Of a stretch of DNA of 64,000 nucleotides, positions 61,470 through 64,000 are shown piece by piece (the stretch's first letter is position 1; the number at the start of each line of letters is the position of its first letter). The stretch covers positions 175,710,001-175,774,000 of the forward strand of contig NC_086097.1 of the NCBI RefSeq assembly GCF_963921235.1. Direction: 5' to 3'. This DNA is from Mobula hypostoma. Its lineage: Eukaryota. The notes beneath the pieces were generated by a model that ran no database searches, was not told where the DNA came from, and saw nothing but the letters and a program-made list of their open reading frames with translations. Both the position numbers and the translations under genes were made by a program.

Positions 61470-61589
61470 CAAATACCTACCTCTTCATGATGCAAGCACG
61501 AGGCAAGATGTTGAGGGATAATGTGAGAACTATTGGCATCTTGATTCGAGACCACTATACAAAAAGGAATAATACTCTGAATGGTACAG
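61470..61589 (+). CDS. B4GALT6: B4GALT6-like coding exon 2 (stem region)
   Basis: Acceptor TCTTTCAG|C at 61469/61470 and donor CAG|GTGGGC at 61589/61590; 120 nt, phase 1-1. Joined to exon 1 it reads ..APGI-A-NTYLFMMQARGKMLRDNVRTIGILIRDHYTKRNNTLNGT, resembling B4GALT6 (ANTYLFMVQARGIMLRENVKTIG..NSTLNGT) more than B4GALT5. Confidence 0.93.
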
Positions 61590-61884
61590 GTGGGCAGATT
61601 TTGTTATTGTGACACAACTGTTTAAAGAACTTGAACATCAAATTTCCCATACAGTATGTTTTTTAAAATAGAGACTGCTGCAGGTATCCAAATAATTTTA
61701 CATGGTCAGAGCAGTGATGTGAAACTGCAAATGAAATGAACTAAATTTGCTCCAATTACATGACTCAAATTACAAGTTGCAAATCTTACCTTGTAACAAG
61801 GCGTGGTCACAGCCTGTTGCAGAGCTGTTGCTGAATCAGGCAAGTTAGCTCTTCCCTTGCAGCTTCCTCCTTTAACTTTCGTGT

Positions 61885-62485
61885 TGAGTCAGCAGTAAGA
61901 GAGGCAAATACAATGTTAGTATTCATTTCGAGAGGACAATATAAAAGCAATGATGTAAAAGAGCCTTAGTCACTCCACATTTAGAGTAATGTGAGCAGTT
62001 TTGGACTCCATTTCTAAGAAAAGATGTATTGGCATTAGAGGCTTAAAGGATTAACATATGAGGAACATTTAATGGCTTTGGCCTTATACACACTGTTTAG
62101 AAGAATAGGGAGGAGTCTCATTGAAACCTACCAAATATTGAAAGGCCAGCTGTAGGTAGAATGGATGTAGAGAGGATATTTCCTATAGTGGGGGAATCGA
62201 GGTCCAGAGGGCTCAGTCTCAGAATAGGATGTCCCTTTAAAACAGCGATGAACAGGAATTTCTTTAGGAGAGTGGTGACTCTGTGGAATTCATTGCCACA
62301 GATCAGCTGTGGATGCCAAGTCAGTGGATATATTTAAAGCGGAGTTTGATAGGTTCTTGATTAGTAAAGGTGTCAAGGATACAAGAAGGCAGGAGAATTT
62401 GGTTGAGAAGGAAAATCAGCCATGCTTGAATGCTGGAACAATCTTAATGGATCAGATGGCCTAATTCTGCTCCTATGTCTTAGTC
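61885..62485 (+). mobile_element. CR1 LINE 3' fragment in intron 2
   Basis: Decayed HLE..QFWTPFLRKD, LIETYQILKG, TLWNSLP and the CR1 3' end ATGGCCTAATTCTGCTCCTATGTCTT. Confidence 0.8.
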
Positions 62486-64000
62486 TTTCTGCCCCAAAAT
62501 CCTTTGGTAGGCTACCTTGTATTGGAAAATATAGCAGGAGTAGGCTTAGTTAGCAAAATGGCTTTGTGAAATAAGTTATTAATTTATTGTTCCTTTAGAA
62601 TGTAGAACAGTACAACTGAGGAACAGGCCCTGTAGGCCACAGTGTTGTGAGCAGTATGTTGTTGAGATTAGGCCTCTTGTGGTTCTATCTCAATTCATTG
62701 GTCACTCTCCAGATATGAATCTGGATGGGAAATGTGCTCCATTCTACCAAATTCTTACTGTGTGATTGACTACTTTCAAAACATTCAAGTCAACTAATGC
62801 CTGATCCTAATGTGTCTATGATTTACAGACTTTAGAGTACTTGCTGTCATGTACACTCACACAATTCATTTGTTGTACTTGCAGTAGATATTATTAATTG
62901 ACAATGTTTTCTGATCAATAAGATCAGTATTCTATTTCCTTAACTGTATCCAGTGTTGCTTTCTTTGCAAGGATGTCTGTTTTCTTTTGATAATTCCAGC
63001 ATTTATTAGTTTCAAATAGTGAATGAGTAGAAATTAACTCAGGGATGTTTGCTGTTAAACAGTTTATCTTTTCAACAACCAAGAATTAACCTCCATATTA
63101 TCAACAACTCCACCAATCTTCCTGTCATCCGTGAACTTGCTGATAATGTCTCCTATATCCACATCCAGGTCATTGGCACTGATTTCTGTGGAAAACCACT
63201 AGTCACAAGCATCCAATTGCAAGACTGCCCTCTACTGTCTCTCTGAATCCTAATGCCAGGTCAAGTTTGGATCCAGTTTACTCATTTACCTTGGAACCCT
63301 TCTGCTATATGGGACCTCATAAATGCCTTGCTGAGGTCCATGCAAGCTACATCTACTGCACTATTCTCATCAATACACTTTGTTACCGTCAAAAAAAATT
63401 CAGTCAGGATTTGTTCTTGAAGCCAAGTTGGCTATGAGATAAAAGGTCGTGACCCAACAGCATTAGCTATCTATTTCCCTCTACAGATACTGCCTGATCT
63501 GCTGAGTTCTTTCAGTAGTCTGCTTGATGCTGTAGATTCCAATATCTGCAATCTCCTGTATTTCCTTGATGGTTATCTGAGTCCCTACCTTTCCAAGTGA
63601 TCATTTACTCTGTATGTCAGAATTATTTCCATTAAGTTTCCTTACAGGTGTGTAATTGTCAGGCTTTTCCTTGCACCATTTCCTGCAAAATGTTTGCTGT
63701 CTGGGGTTTGGGGGAGGCTGGGTGTTGGTGGTTAACCTTAATGAAATGCCTTCGTGGCCTTGCAGGCAACTATCACTAAATATTGGAGTCATAGTCAAAT
63801 GGCAATGAAATGAGTCATAGGGCCCAACATATCCTTATTGACCTGTGTGCCCATCTGCACTCATCTCTCACCTAATTTGTTTGCATTAGCACCATATCAT
63901 TCCATTACCTGCCTGTCCAAAGGCCTTTTAAATGTAGTAATTGTATTTTATTCCAACAGTACCTCTGGTAGCATGTTCTAGGTATCAACCACTGTGTGAG

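Noticed and set aside
1..64000. CRISPR array, operon or prokaryotic defence/retron system
   Set aside because: Spliced vertebrate gene context; all RT and nuclease ORFs belong to eukaryotic TEs; no repeat-spacer array.

Overview
Vertebrate genomic DNA, inferred from its repeat families to be from a cartilaginous fish, probably a ray. The window holds the 5' end of a beta-1,4-galactosyltransferase gene most like B4GALT6: a CpG-island promoter (~840-1600), coding exon 1 (1406-1514), a 59,955-bp intron 1 and coding exon 2 (61470-61589). Much of the intron is transposable elements, often nested. These are CR1, Rex/Babar, L1, RTE and R4/Dong LINE remnants; Neptune-type Penelope-like elements (PLEs) with RT and GIY-YIG; Tc1, Tigger and POGK/Passer-like DNA transposons; tRNA-derived SINEs; and a Gmr1-like LTR element with an open 811-codon gag-pro ORF plus a related solo LTR. 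Most notable are the minimal type-I hammerhead ribozymes in the PLE terminal repeats, including ~230-bp stand-alone ribozyme/anti-ribozyme fold-backs. On the pre-mRNA strand every recognised ribozyme is either core-mutated or paired with an antisense copy. Also notable: a chimeric ATG-started GIY-YIG ORF, a gag ORF that stays open despite LTR divergence and an 8-bp microsatellite expansion, and deep TE nesting with readable target-site duplications (TSDs). All calls are by eye with no database search, and LINE fragment boundaries are approximate.
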